A DNA stretch of 64,000 bases from positions 1-64,000 of IMG/VR virus record IMGVR_UViG_3300043172_000501; one strand, given 5' to 3'. Positions 49,799 through 59,535 of the stretch are shown piece by piece (the stretch's first letter is position 1; the number at the start of each line of letters is the position of its first letter). Source of the stretch: a virus. A program made the position numbers and the translations under genes. A model generated the notes under the pieces. That model was not told the DNA's origin, searched no databases, and saw nothing but the letters and a program-made list of their open reading frames with translations.

Positions 49799-50170
49799 TC
49801 ATGGAACTATTTATCGGGTTAGTAGTGGGCTTATTCTGTGGCAGCATTCTCGTCAACATGTCGTGGAAGGCTACAATAAAATTCAACGCCGAGACTAACT
49901 GCGATTTATTAGTCGACGGGGAAAAATATAAAGTTAAGCTCAAGGAGAAGTACTGATTATGACTAAAAGAAACTTTGACATAAAAAAGATTCAGAAGAAA
50001 TCAGTCAAGACTGTCTGGAACCTAATGATAAGACAAATACAATATCAGCACAAAGGGATCTATATATATTACAGAGGTCATCTATTGCGTACAACAAAAA
50101 GAAGATCCCTTAGGATAATCTGTGAAGAAGAAAACTTAGTAACAGTAAAACAAATACTGGAGGCAATCAG

Positions 50171-51082
50171 ATGAAATACATTACACTCATCCTAATCATT
50201 TTAACTCTTGGCTGCTCTGGAGAGATGAGCCGAAGATATGTAGAGGTATCATATGGAACAGAACAGAGCGGAGACACAGGCACGAGCACTGGAGAAAATG
50301 AGATTAGAAGAGAGTGCGAAATCAATGGGCAGTGCGATACAAGAGGGCTTAGTTCCGATGGAGGACATAGTGGCCTGGATACTTCTACAGACACAGTCGC
50401 TGGTTCCAGTGACACAGGAACATCGTCAGAAATTGACAGCGGAACTTCAGGAATGGATAATGGCGGAAGCGACTCAGGCTGTTATGACGAAACTGGAGAA
50501 CTTCCATGTGGATATGATGACACCGGAGAAGATACCAGTATCATGGACAGTGAAACCGGAACAGAATCCGACACCGAAGCCGATACTGATTGGCAACATA
50601 CCGACACAGCAACCGAACATGTCGACACCGAAGCCAATGACACGGACACAAACCATGACACCGAGAATGATACGGAAAGCGAAACAGAAACAGGAAGCGA
50701 AGTCGCCGATGGAACTGACAGTGGATGGGGAACTGATTGGGACAGTGACACTTCCATGGGAGAAGACACAGAAGTAATAACTTTACTATGGGATGCTGAT
50801 GCTCATCTTCTTGTCACATGGACAGAAGGCTTAAACGCTTGCGCTCTCGTTGGCTGGCGATTACCCACTATTGAAGAGGCTCAATCTATTCTGATGTCAC
50901 CAACAGGTAATGGTTGCTGGTGGGATGAATCAATCTTTGGAGATTTGTGTTATGAAATCTGGACACGAAATCCTGCAATCCCTCCACCTTATAATCAGCA
51001 GACAGTAAACTTTGTCTCAGGTGAGAGTCGATACCATCCATACACAAAACAAAAATACGCACTCTGTGTGCTTTCAGTCTGA
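50171..51082 (+). CDS. lipoprotein with acidic D/T/S linker and C-terminal DUF1566/Lcl (C-type lectin fold) domain
   Basis: Lipobox LTLGC; TWTEG..AC...GWRLPTIEE, IWT, ALCV; GGAGG RBS. Confidence 0.8.
   Translation: MKYITLILIILTLGCSGEMSRRYVEVSYGTEQSGDTGTSTGENEIRRECEINGQCDTRGLSSDGGHSGLDTSTDTVAGSSDTGTSSEIDSGTSGMDNGGSDSGCYDETGELPCGYDDTGEDTSIMDSETGTESDTEADTDWQHTDTATEHVDTEANDTDTNHDTENDTESETETGSEVADGTDSGWGTDWDSDTSMGEDTEVITLLWDADAHLLVTWTEGLNACALVGWRLPTIEEAQSILMSPTGNGCWWDESIFGDLCYEIWTRNPAIPPPYNQQTVNFVSGESRYHPYTKQKYALCVLSV
50253..50777 (+). CDS. nested overprinted gene, paralogue of the 51319..51864 N-terminus
   Basis: GAGGT RBS; about 80 aa align with the 51319 ORF, with synonymous codon changes. 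Confidence 0.6.
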   Translation: MEQNRAETQARALEKMRLEESAKSMGSAIQEGLVPMEDIVAWILLQTQSLVPVTQEHRQKLTAELQEWIMAEATQAVMTKLENFHVDMMTPEKIPVSWTVKPEQNPTPKPILIGNIPTQQPNMSTPKPMTRTQTMTPRMIRKAKQKQEAKSPMELTVDGELIGTVTLPWEKTQK

Positions 51083-51094
51083 GGAATAATCAAA

Positions 51095-51313
51095 ATGAAA
51101 CGACAAGATATTTTAAAGAATATATGTTTCTGGGATATGCGAAACCCCGAATGTGCACAATTACACGGTTCTCAATTGCCCGATTCTAAATCTGAAGAAG
51201 AAGGTTGTCAATGTGGAAATTGTGCCGATGGCAAGACTAAACTCGCCCTCGCAATGCTAGATATGTCAGAAATGGTCTGCCGCACAAACTGTTTACTAAG
51301 AATGAGAGAATAG
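51095..51313 (+). CDS. small Cys-rich protein
   Basis: C..D.RNP...CQCGNC..GKTKLA. Confidence 0.6.
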   Translation: MKRQDILKNICFWDMRNPECAQLHGSQLPDSKSEEEGCQCGNCADGKTKLALAMLDMSEMVCRTNCLLRMRE

Positions 51314-51318
51314 ATACA

Positions 51319-51864
51319 ATGAGCGATACGCCAAACAAATGGGGACAACAATCAAAAGAGATTGAACGTCTAAAATTAGAAGAGAGTTCTAAGTCCGTGG
51401 CTGGAGCTATCACACAAGGGCTCGTCACATTAGAAGAGGTCGTGGCTCGTGTAGCAGAACTAGTATTAAAACCGATAGCTCATGAGGAAACATTATCAAT
51501 AATTACTAGAAGACTGACAGCGTGGACAGTGGAGCAGGCTACTCATAAATTATTAGAATCAGAAGTCTGGCCCCCACCAACCGATAGAGAAACTGATTAC
51601 GCAGCGCATGTCGAAGAGTTAGGTAACAGTGTGAGATCTAGCCTTGGTATAGATCCATCTTTATTAGGGCAATCATCAAACAGAGAAGAGTTTGAACCAG
51701 GAGAGCTAGTGTATTACCATCCGATAGCTGGTGAAAAAGAATATAAGAAACGCCCAGGAGTCATAATTAACTCAAGAGGTTCAGATATGTCTTATCGAGT
51801 AAGATTTAGAAATGAAAAAGAAAAAATAACCAATGACCTATTTTTGTCAAAGAGGTCATCATGA
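51319..51864 (+). CDS. hypothetical protein with C-terminal SH3/KOW-like domain
   Basis: FEPGELVYY...GVII...YRVRF. Confidence 0.65.
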   Translation: MSDTPNKWGQQSKEIERLKLEESSKSVAGAITQGLVTLEEVVARVAELVLKPIAHEETLSIITRRLTAWTVEQATHKLLESEVWPPPTDRETDYAAHVEELGNSVRSSLGIDPSLLGQSSNREEFEPGELVYYHPIAGEKEYKKRPGVIINSRGSDMSYRVRFRNEKEKITNDLFLSKRSS

Positions 51865-52523
51865 CAAGAGCAAAAGAACAAGCTAAGATGATTCAACAGA
51901 TAGAGCGAGAAGCCAGGCGAGAGGTAGAATACAAGAAAGGAGATCCTGTTCTCTATATGCCTGAACACGCAAGAGCTATGTACCTTGATGAAGATTGCAA
52001 GAAAGGGATTGTGTCTAGTGTTAATAAGAAGTGGGTATTCGTAAAATATGATTGTGCAGATTGCACGATGGTAACAGGCGACGAACCCTATACTGCACAG
52101 GCGACTGACAGAGCCGACTTAAGACTGATTAGAGATAAGACCTTAGCAGAACGATTAAAAGACCAACAGACTACCATATTGAAGCAGACAGTGGACATGA
52201 TGGAAGAAGGCATGTTCCTTGACGGGGAAGTGGTTTACTACAGAATAGAAAAAAGCTTTAGCAACAAACCATCTAACACCAACATGAGGGGTGTCATCAA
52301 CGGCAGTGGGCAAGGCGACTACTATCAAGTGCTGATGGATAGAGATAACAAGAACAGAACAGTCCATAAGAGTTATCTTAGCAGAAAGAATGAGACACCA
52401 GAAGAGATTGAAGCACAGAAGAGACGGAACAGTGAAGCGCTACACGTCAGAATGCGACAACGGGTGATAGATCATCCGTATTCAAAATTCATAAAGAAGA
52501 GAGAAAGTAAACCAATGTTTTAA
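51861..52523 (+). CDS. hypothetical protein with two SH3/KOW-like domains
   Basis: KKGDPVLY..GIVSSVN and DGEVVYY..GVING..YQV. Confidence 0.65.
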   Translation: MTRAKEQAKMIQQIEREARREVEYKKGDPVLYMPEHARAMYLDEDCKKGIVSSVNKKWVFVKYDCADCTMVTGDEPYTAQATDRADLRLIRDKTLAERLKDQQTTILKQTVDMMEEGMFLDGEVVYYRIEKSFSNKPSNTNMRGVINGSGQGDYYQVLMDRDNKNRTVHKSYLSRKNETPEEIEAQKRRNSEALHVRMRQRVIDHPYSKFIKKRESKPMF

Positions 52524-52536
52524 GAAAGGAAATGAT

Positions 52537-53046
52537 ATGAACAAGACAGCACCAAACCTAGACGGCGTAACACCATCAGCAATTATTGCAGGCCAAGCTA
52601 TTCAACAAATGTTAGCTGACAGCTCAGGCGGATGTACACCAGGTGAGATATTAAAGATGGCTGACACACCAGAACAAGAAATCAGATTAGGCTTTTTGGT
52701 TAGTGATGAGAACAAACCAGAAGGTTGGAAAAGAAAATTGTGCTTGCCTGATGGGGCACTCTTTGAAGATAAGAAAGGCAGGCGAGTTATTGTGTCCGTT
52801 ATGACATACAGTGATTGTCGACTATGGATACATGCGAGCATCAGCCATACCAAATCCAATAAACTACCACACTACAACGAGATAGCGATGCTGAAGAAGT
52901 ATTGGATAGGAGAAGATTACAAGGCTATCATGGTATTTCCTGAAAAGAAGTATCATGTCAATATCAATCAGAATGTCTTACATTTATTCTCATGCCTTAT
53001 GGAGAATCCACTACCAGAATTTTCCATGGGAACAGGTAGTATTTAA
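52537..53046 (+). CDS. conserved phage protein (H.S.S..LP...FP....VN...LHL family)
   Basis: WIHASISH, LPHY, VFPEKKYHVNINQNVLHL. Confidence 0.65.
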   Translation: MNKTAPNLDGVTPSAIIAGQAIQQMLADSSGGCTPGEILKMADTPEQEIRLGFLVSDENKPEGWKRKLCLPDGALFEDKKGRRVIVSVMTYSDCRLWIHASISHTKSNKLPHYNEIAMLKKYWIGEDYKAIMVFPEKKYHVNINQNVLHLFSCLMENPLPEFSMGTGSI

Positions 53047-53100
53047 TTTTAAAAAGAACTTGATTAGTAAAGTGGTACCATGTATAGTAAAGCCTGCTTT

Positions 53101-53163
53101 CCTAACCGTCGCTTATGGTACTGAACCCCCCACCGATAATAAGCGATGGTTAGGTTTTTTTTT
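53101..53163 (+). terminator. rho-independent terminator
   Basis: CCTAACCGTCGCTTAT/ATAAGCGATGGTTAGG stem followed by a T9 tract. Confidence 0.8.
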
Positions 53164-53185
53164 GAATAACAAAAGGACACACGCA

Positions 53186-53785
53186 ATGAGCAGTAGAAAA
53201 CACAAATCAACAAGAGACAAACGACGAGCCAAGAGTATCGCTAAGACAACAGCAGAGCGAAAGAACATGGCTAATCTATCACTAGACCAACGCCGAATAA
53301 TGGAGGTGAGAAATCAGAAGAGATCTTTAGCCAAGGAGATATTTGAGATAATCCAGGCGAGAGTCTTGAAGAAAGTATCAGCAGAACTTTACAGTGGATT
53401 AGTCGAATACGGGATGCTTGTGCCAGTAAGCCAAGATGCTGCAGAAACAATTAAGTCCATGGTAATGAAAACTATGAAACCATTGAACGACATCCCCGTG
53501 AAAGAACAGACGCCAACAATAATTAGTGAAGCAAGCTCTATACTACAAGAACTCCACACAGGTTTTATCGATGCTGGCTTATTGAAATTTGAACCGCCGA
53601 ACCTTATGCAGAGAGCACCTGACGCAAGAAAATATATGAATGGAGACATTGAAGCTGTGGACAAAGTGAACGATATGGACCACACTCTAATCACTCAATA
53701 TGTTAAAGAACAGATGAAACGAATGAAGAAGTCGGTACCAGGAATGCAAAAACTCTTAGTAGAACTGAAAGAAGAAGCTGCATGA
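53186..53785 (+). CDS. hypothetical protein
   Basis: AAGGA RBS and ATG 53186 downstream of the terminator. Confidence 0.65.
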   Translation: MSSRKHKSTRDKRRAKSIAKTTAERKNMANLSLDQRRIMEVRNQKRSLAKEIFEIIQARVLKKVSAELYSGLVEYGMLVPVSQDAAETIKSMVMKTMKPLNDIPVKEQTPTIISEASSILQELHTGFIDAGLLKFEPPNLMQRAPDARKYMNGDIEAVDKVNDMDHTLITQYVKEQMKRMKKSVPGMQKLLVELKEEAA

Positions 53786-54996
53786 AAAAGATGAAATGGA
53801 AAAGAGTTATTGTCCCCTTTGATTTCAACAGCGATTACGTAACAAAAGATGGCGACTCTACTTTTCAGATATTACGGAACAGAAAGACTAGTCGAGTCCA
53901 ACTATTCATATGGCGAGAGCACAGGGAAGAAGTATCGGAGAAACATAATTACTTGCCATCAGTGAAGTTCGCTAAAGCCTTTGCTGAGACTAGGCGAGAG
54001 AAATTAGAAAAAGTATCATGGCGAGGTAACGCCAGATTAGTCGACAACGAAAACATATGGTAAGGAGAAACCAATGAAAAAAGAAATCAAATTAGGGTTC
54101 AAAGTAAAAGATGAGATTACAGGATTCGAAGGGATTGTAATCGGAATAACTGACTGGATGTACAGTTGTAAAAGAATAGGAGTACGTGCCACTCTTTTAG
54201 TAGAAGGCAAACCTATAGAGGACCAGTGGTTTGATGTACAACAGATGATAATAACAGAAGAGACTAAGCCATTGATAAGTGAAGATAGTGACGCGACAAA
54301 ACCAGGCGGAAATAAAAACGGGCCAGGGAGATTAAATCATGGATAAACAAAAACAAAAGCCCATACGAGTGATGGGTATCTATCCAGAAATGAAATTAGT
54401 ACCAAAGAAGAAAGATAGTAATCTAATTGCTGTTGATGTTCAGATGGAAGGCAGATGTCTTATCACGAGTCCAGAAATCGAAGGACTAGGCGAAACTCCT
54501 GCAGAACAGTACTGTGAAGCAATGAATACTATCGCCCTTGCACTGGTTAACTTATCCGTGTTCAGCGGTAAGACTCTACTCAACACTGCTGCCGAATTAA
54601 CATCAAGACTGAGTCATATTGATACTTACGCCCAACAAGCTGAGACAGCACCAGAACCAGAAAATAAACCAACAGGACCAAGATTAGTTGCAGATGATAA
54701 AAGTTAAACTGATAGAGCGTGAGAGCAACTACAGCAACAATACATATTTCATACTGATAGTACCATGTTTCATCTGTGGAGCTGACGCTGAAGGACGAGT
54801 GGCAGCATCAAAGAGTGTTGAAGAGTTTAGTAAGAACGCTGCTTTAAAATGGAAAGACCAGATCGAGAAAGGGCAAGCAACATTGAAATGCCCAGAGTGT
54901 CATAGGCAACAGCTCAAAGATAATGAAACTAACGCCGACAGACGACGAGCAGAAGTCCTATCTCAAAACAAAATAGTGACAAACCGTACCGGATGA
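53782..54996 (+). other. four small hypothetical CDS (53782-54063, 54074-54346, 54339-54707, ~54694-54996)
   Basis: Coupled ORFs with SD sites; 54074 shows the common phage pattern LG.KVKD.ITGFEG..IG; the last has two CxxC motifs. Confidence 0.6.
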
Positions 54997-55039
54997 GTAT
55001 AATAAATCTTTAAGACTTCAATGCGTGTAGTCTTTTGTG

Positions 55040-55084
55040 CCTGATTCTTTAGTGTTTCCCCATGCTAAAGAATCAGGTTTTTTT
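55040..55084 (+). terminator. rho-independent terminator
   Basis: CCTGATTCTTTAG/CTAAAGAATCAGG stem followed by T7. Confidence 0.85.
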
Positions 55085-55095
55085 CGGAGAATATT

Positions 55096-55416
55096 ATGGC
55101 TAAGTTCCACAAATATAAACATTCTGAAACCCAACGAGGATATCTATTCCATTGCCCAGGCTGTAAAGATAGTTTCGGACACTTTGTATTAACAACAGGC
55201 AAAGGTCCTATCTGGGAAGTATCTAAAGTAGTAGACGACAAACCGACCGTTATGCCCAGTATAAGAGTGCGAAGCAGAAACGCTGAAGGTGAAACAATAT
55301 GCCATTCATTTATAAAAGATGGTAAGATTCAATTCTTAAATGATTGCACACATGAGCTTGCAGGGCAGACAGTAGAACTGCCTGACTTCAAAGGTAACGA
55401 TGGCGAAGTTTCATAA
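55096..55416 (+). CDS. DUF6527-like zinc-binding protein (copy 1)
   Basis: FHCPGC..H, PTV.PSI, CHSFIKDGKIQFLNDCTHELAGQTVELPD. Confidence 0.75.
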   Translation: MAKFHKYKHSETQRGYLFHCPGCKDSFGHFVLTTGKGPIWEVSKVVDDKPTVMPSIRVRSRNAEGETICHSFIKDGKIQFLNDCTHELAGQTVELPDFKGNDGEVS

Positions 55417-55702
55417 GTATACAGACATCTACAAAGACGAACACCATATGTTTCATTGCCCAGGCTGTCAGAGCGCTCATTCAATCAGAACAAGTGGAAC
55501 AGTACACCCACTGTGGAAAGTAACCGGCACTAAAGAAGACAAACCGACTGTTACGCCATCTATACATTGTAAATCAGAATCGAGAAAAGGAACCCAGTAT
55601 ATCTGTCATTCATTTGTAAGAGAAGGTAAGATCCAGTTTCTGAATGATTGTACACATGAACTCGCAGGGCAGACAGTAGAACTGCCTGACTTTGATGAAT
55701 AA
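55400..55702 (+). CDS. DUF6527-like zinc-binding protein (copy 2)
   Basis: Same motifs as copy 1; identical C-terminal stretch GKIQFLNDCTHELAGQTVELPDF. Confidence 0.75.
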   Translation: MAKFHKYTDIYKDEHHMFHCPGCQSAHSIRTSGTVHPLWKVTGTKEDKPTVTPSIHCKSESRKGTQYICHSFVREGKIQFLNDCTHELAGQTVELPDFDE

Positions 55703-55744
55703 CAAATGGCCTAATAATAGGCCCAACAACATAAGGAGAGAAGT

Positions 55745-56092
55745 ATGAAATTTCTAACAATTCTTTTGTTAGTATTAGTCTCTTTCTTGCTATTATCATT
55801 AACGGTAGTAGCACATGAAAGTGACAGCGCTAATGAAGGGAAAATTTCACAGGTGAGTCCAGATATTAACAGTATCCAGACTGCCGAACAGTACAAACAG
55901 ATTGTTGTACAGATTGCACCCGCAGCTGATGTCCCGCATAATCGTTTTATTATATGTGAGCAGGGCCAGCAAGCCGATAACCTTGATTTAAGACCATTAG
56001 GCAAACATGAATCACACTATACGGAACCGGTTGACTGGTCTGTGCTTCCGTGGAAAGGTTTAAGAGGAATTAGTTCGACTTACCACATTTGA
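55745..56092 (+). CDS. secreted hypothetical protein
   Basis: AAGGAG RBS; classical signal peptide. Confidence 0.55.
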   Translation: MKFLTILLLVLVSFLLLSLTVVAHESDSANEGKISQVSPDINSIQTAEQYKQIVVQIAPAADVPHNRFIICEQGQQADNLDLRPLGKHESHYTEPVDWSVLPWKGLRGISSTYHI

Positions 56093-56300
56093 CTTGTGCA
56101 ACAACTCAAGGCGAGAGTAGCAGAATCTTAGTTCCATACTAACCACTAGTATCAAGACAAAACAAACTACCTGAAATAATTATCGTAAATAGATTAACTG
56201 ATAAGTTGACAAGCGTACACTTTTACCTGTATCTTAATTCCCGAACTTGATCTATAAACCTGTACATGTTAAAGTGTACTTATAACTTGAAGGAACCAAC

Positions 56301-56768
56301 ATGGGGAATGCAGTGTTAGGAATAGACCCAGGGGCAACATCAGGATGGGCAATCGTAAGTATATCAGCCAATCCTAAATTGCTCCGACATGGAATATTTA
56401 AGTTTAAAGATGACGCAAGTACAGTCAGGGAATTAACACTGGCACTCGATGGCCTAGAAGATACGGTTATCAAAACGTTCATTGAAAACCAGTTCGTCTC
56501 TAAGAACATTCAGTCCACAATGAAGATTTGTAAGAAAGCTGGACGATGGGAAGAAGCTTCTATCTACCACGGGATTGATGTTGAGTATATTTACCCCGCT
56601 ACCTGGCAGAGTAAAGAACTGAATGGACACAAAAGAGCGACACTGAAGAAAGCGAGTATAGCGAAGTGCAAAGGGATATGGAACGTAAACCTCAAGGAAG
56701 ATACAGCCGACGCCTCATTGATAGGTCGATATGCTGCCTTGCGCCAGTTCTTTATACCCGGGCAATAG
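56301..56768 (+). CDS. ruvC: RuvC-like Holliday junction resolvase
   Basis: VLGIDPGATSGWA, FIENQF, P.TWQ, EDTADASLIG. Confidence 0.85.
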   Translation: MGNAVLGIDPGATSGWAIVSISANPKLLRHGIFKFKDDASTVRELTLALDGLEDTVIKTFIENQFVSKNIQSTMKICKKAGRWEEASIYHGIDVEYIYPATWQSKELNGHKRATLKKASIAKCKGIWNVNLKEDTADASLIGRYAALRQFFIPGQ

Positions 56769-56769
56769 T

Positions 56770-57225
56770 ATGGGCAGAGGGGTTCAATACTTTGGTCTTA
56801 CACTTCAGAAAATTTGTAGGTTAGCATTATGTCAAAAGAGCGAAACAGATCACAGCGAAAGAATAATAGAACGAGACGATGTGATCGATGTGTTAGAAAT
56901 AGAAGAGGCACAAGCCAGCAGATTTATAAGAGAGATGACACGCCGAGGTCTGATGGTATGTATCTACAAACCAAAACGCAGAGAAGGTCAAGGTCAGAAA
57001 AGCAAATACAAATTAACCAGGAAGTGGCAACGAATTGCCTACATCCTAGACAAAAACGGAATTTTACCCGGCACATGCCAAGCAGAATGTTGCGAAGAAA
57101 GAGCCGAACCAGTAAGATTCAGATTAAAATTCTTTTGCAAATACCATCTAATGAATATCGGATGCGCTTTTTGCCCGAGAGAACGAACAGACAAATGCGC
57201 CAGATGCGCTGAGAGGAAGAATTAG
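56770..57225 (+). CDS. winged-HTH protein with C-terminal Cys cluster
   Basis: DVIDVLEIEEAQASRFIREMTRRGLM..YKLT; multiple CxxC motifs. Confidence 0.55.
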   Translation: MGRGVQYFGLTLQKICRLALCQKSETDHSERIIERDDVIDVLEIEEAQASRFIREMTRRGLMVCIYKPKRREGQGQKSKYKLTRKWQRIAYILDKNGILPGTCQAECCEERAEPVRFRLKFFCKYHLMNIGCAFCPRERTDKCARCAERKN

Positions 57226-57235
57226 GAGGGACAAA

Positions 57236-57478
57236 ATGAAAGTAGATTGCCCAATTTGTAACAGTGAGATGACCGTAAGAGATACCAGCGATTCGCTGAA
57301 TAAAACAGTCTATCTAACAGCCAAATGTAATTGTTCAAAAACAATTGAAGCGGTAGGCAGAACTGCGCCAGAAGCTCTAAGTGATCTTATGAGACAAGCT
57401 CAGACGTCTAACTCCAGTCCTCTTAAAATGACCTATACGGGGCGTATTCAAAACGCCCACTACTCTTACCCGGGATAA
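57236..57478 (+). CDS. small zinc-ribbon protein
   Basis: CPIC...CNC; AGGAGG RBS. Confidence 0.6.
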   Translation: MKVDCPICNSEMTVRDTSDSLNKTVYLTAKCNCSKTIEAVGRTAPEALSDLMRQAQTSNSSPLKMTYTGRIQNAHYSYPG

Positions 57479-57488
57479 AAAGAAAACG

Positions 57489-59108
57489 ATGGCTACCACT
57501 AAAGAGATTGAAAAACTCGGTAAAGATAGAGTCCACACAAGATGGCATGCCACTAAAAAACATTTGATGACCCCCGACGACCTAGTAGGTCCTGACCAGG
57601 TAGAACCAGAAAAAAGAAAACGTGAACTACAGTTTAGAATGCAAGCTCTGCAAGAATTGCAACTAAGAAAAGCCCGGAGAAGTTTCCCAGCGTTTATGGA
57701 ATATTGTTTCGTCGACCCAGGGACAGGTAAAGCATTCGGGCAACAATGGTTCCATGATGAATGGTCAGACGCGATGGATACTGAAAATCGTTTGATTATT
57801 TGCGCCCCTCGTGACCATGGCAAAACCTCACAAATAATTGGACGAGTAATTTATGAATTAGGAAGAGATCCTAACTTGAGAATAAAGATTGCCTGTGCGT
57901 CTGATGGTAGAGCAAAAGAGAGACTGTTTGAGGTAAGTCAAAATATCCTATACAACGCAAGGGTAAAAGAAGTCTTTCCTCACATGGAGCCAGACCCCGA
58001 CGCTCAGTGGAATGTTCATAAGGTCCACGTTAGAAGAGATGCAAAACATCGTGACGCTTCAATCGAAGCTCTAGGAATTACTTCGACAGCAACCGGTGGT
58101 AGATGTGACCTACTGATAGCAGACGATGTAGTAGACAGAAGAAATGCTTTATCATTTCCTGCCCTACGAGAACAAATTAAAATGGCATGGTTAGCTGACT
58201 GGACAAACCTACTTGAGCCAGATTCTAAAGTTTGGGCAATCTGTACACTATGGCATAAAGATGATTTGAACCACATGTTGATGGACAACCCAGCCTACAC
58301 TACTCTGTTCTACGCCATCCCACCAGATTTCGGGAGCATGTGGACTGACAAATGGCCCGAGCATGAATTAAGAATGAGGCATAGGGAAATTGGTACCGTC
58401 GAGTTCAACAGGGGATTTCGTAATCAAGCAGTTGATACTGAGTCCCAGATGGTTCAAGAGTCATGGCTACATTACAAAGATTTGAATACCGACCCTGAGT
58501 TTAATGAACGGTTACCATTTATGGAATTTTTCACGAGCTATGATACAGCAGGCAGTCCGACCGGTTCAGCAAGTCAAGATTATTCATCAGCCTGTATCAT
58601 CGCAGTGGATATTGAACGCAAGAAAATATATGTGGTAGATGCTTGGCACCAAAGACTGACAATTAAAAAAATGGCATCGATAGTGAAGAAAGAAGCTGCA
58701 AAGTATTTTCCATTCAGGATACTGATTGAAAAGATTGGACAATCATCACTAGATGAATGGGTATTGAATGATTATCCAGAACTAACAGGCACAGTCGAAG
58801 TAACAAAACCGAGGGTCAATAAAGCCATACGACTATTAGCAGTTACGCCCTTGTTAGAAATGGGCAATGTTATATTTGATAAACATCTGGACCCTAATAA
58901 TTCACAATGGGAACCAGGCAGAGGATCTTTGATTCTTGAGCTAATGGACTTCCCTTTTTCAAAGCATGATGATATGGTTGATGCATTCTCGCAAGCATTA
59001 GATGGAGCCCGGAGATACTTTCTTGACGCTTGGGCATCTAAAGGCGAAAATGAAGTTGATATTTCTGTTGGTTTAGCAGAAGCAGATGACAGTCCATATT
59101 TATTTTAG
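57489..59108 (+). CDS. terL: terminase large subunit
   Basis: CAPRDHGKT, LLIADD, ICTLWHKDDL, SYDTA, DYS, FPFSKHDDMVDAFSQ. Confidence 0.95.
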   Translation: MATTKEIEKLGKDRVHTRWHATKKHLMTPDDLVGPDQVEPEKRKRELQFRMQALQELQLRKARRSFPAFMEYCFVDPGTGKAFGQQWFHDEWSDAMDTENRLIICAPRDHGKTSQIIGRVIYELGRDPNLRIKIACASDGRAKERLFEVSQNILYNARVKEVFPHMEPDPDAQWNVHKVHVRRDAKHRDASIEALGITSTATGGRCDLLIADDVVDRRNALSFPALREQIKMAWLADWTNLLEPDSKVWAICTLWHKDDLNHMLMDNPAYTTLFYAIPPDFGSMWTDKWPEHELRMRHREIGTVEFNRGFRNQAVDTESQMVQESWLHYKDLNTDPEFNERLPFMEFFTSYDTAGSPTGSASQDYSSACIIAVDIERKKIYVVDAWHQRLTIKKMASIVKKEAAKYFPFRILIEKIGQSSLDEWVLNDYPELTGTVEVTKPRVNKAIRLLAVTPLLEMGNVIFDKHLDPNNSQWEPGRGSLILELMDFPFSKHDDMVDAFSQALDGARRYFLDAWASKGENEVDISVGLAEADDSPYLF

Positions 59109-59115
59109 GAGAAAC

Positions 59116-59535
59116 ATGGAAGTTTATATCGCACTACAAGAGAACAATATCTACGCTTATGACAAAGAATGGATTAAAGTATTTCCTTTATTTCTACCTG
59201 TCCATTTATTCGGTGGAACCGAAATGATAATCGTCGATAAAGAATGCGAAGTAGTTGACAGCGGAATACTCGTTCGAATGCACAGTCCTTACTATCCACC
59301 AATGACTTGCCTTGTCACAACCAACACTTTAGCATCATTAGAAAAAAGAAAATCAACCGTAGAAAAAATAACCAGGGATAAATCTCAAGTGTGTACGCAC
59401 TCGATAGACGGGGCAGAACATAGGCGAAACACATGCCCATCCTGCTTTCAGTTTCTCTGGACTAAAAAAGCAAAACAGGCAAACATCAAACATGAATGTC
59501 TACAGGTAAAAGGAAAACCACTATGGATGAAATAA
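59116..59535 (+). CDS. hypothetical protein
   Basis: AGGAG RBS before ATG 59116. Confidence 0.55.
   Translation: MEVYIALQENNIYAYDKEWIKVFPLFLPVHLFGGTEMIIVDKECEVVDSGILVRMHSPYYPPMTCLVTTNTLASLEKRKSTVEKITRDKSQVCTHSIDGAEHRRNTCPSCFQFLWTKKAKQANIKHECLQVKGKPLWMK

Noticed and set aside
50780-51082. Diversity-generating retroelement targeting the lectin-fold domain
   Set aside because: No reverse transcriptase or adenine-variant template repeat is seen in the window.
52955-53185. N-terminal extension of ORF 52955..53785
   Set aside because: It overlaps the upstream gene and runs through a clear terminator; the SD supports ATG 53186.
56829-57212. Arg-rich alternative-frame ORF as a second overprinted gene
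   Set aside because: No SD, paralogue or motif support; composition is typical of an off-frame read.
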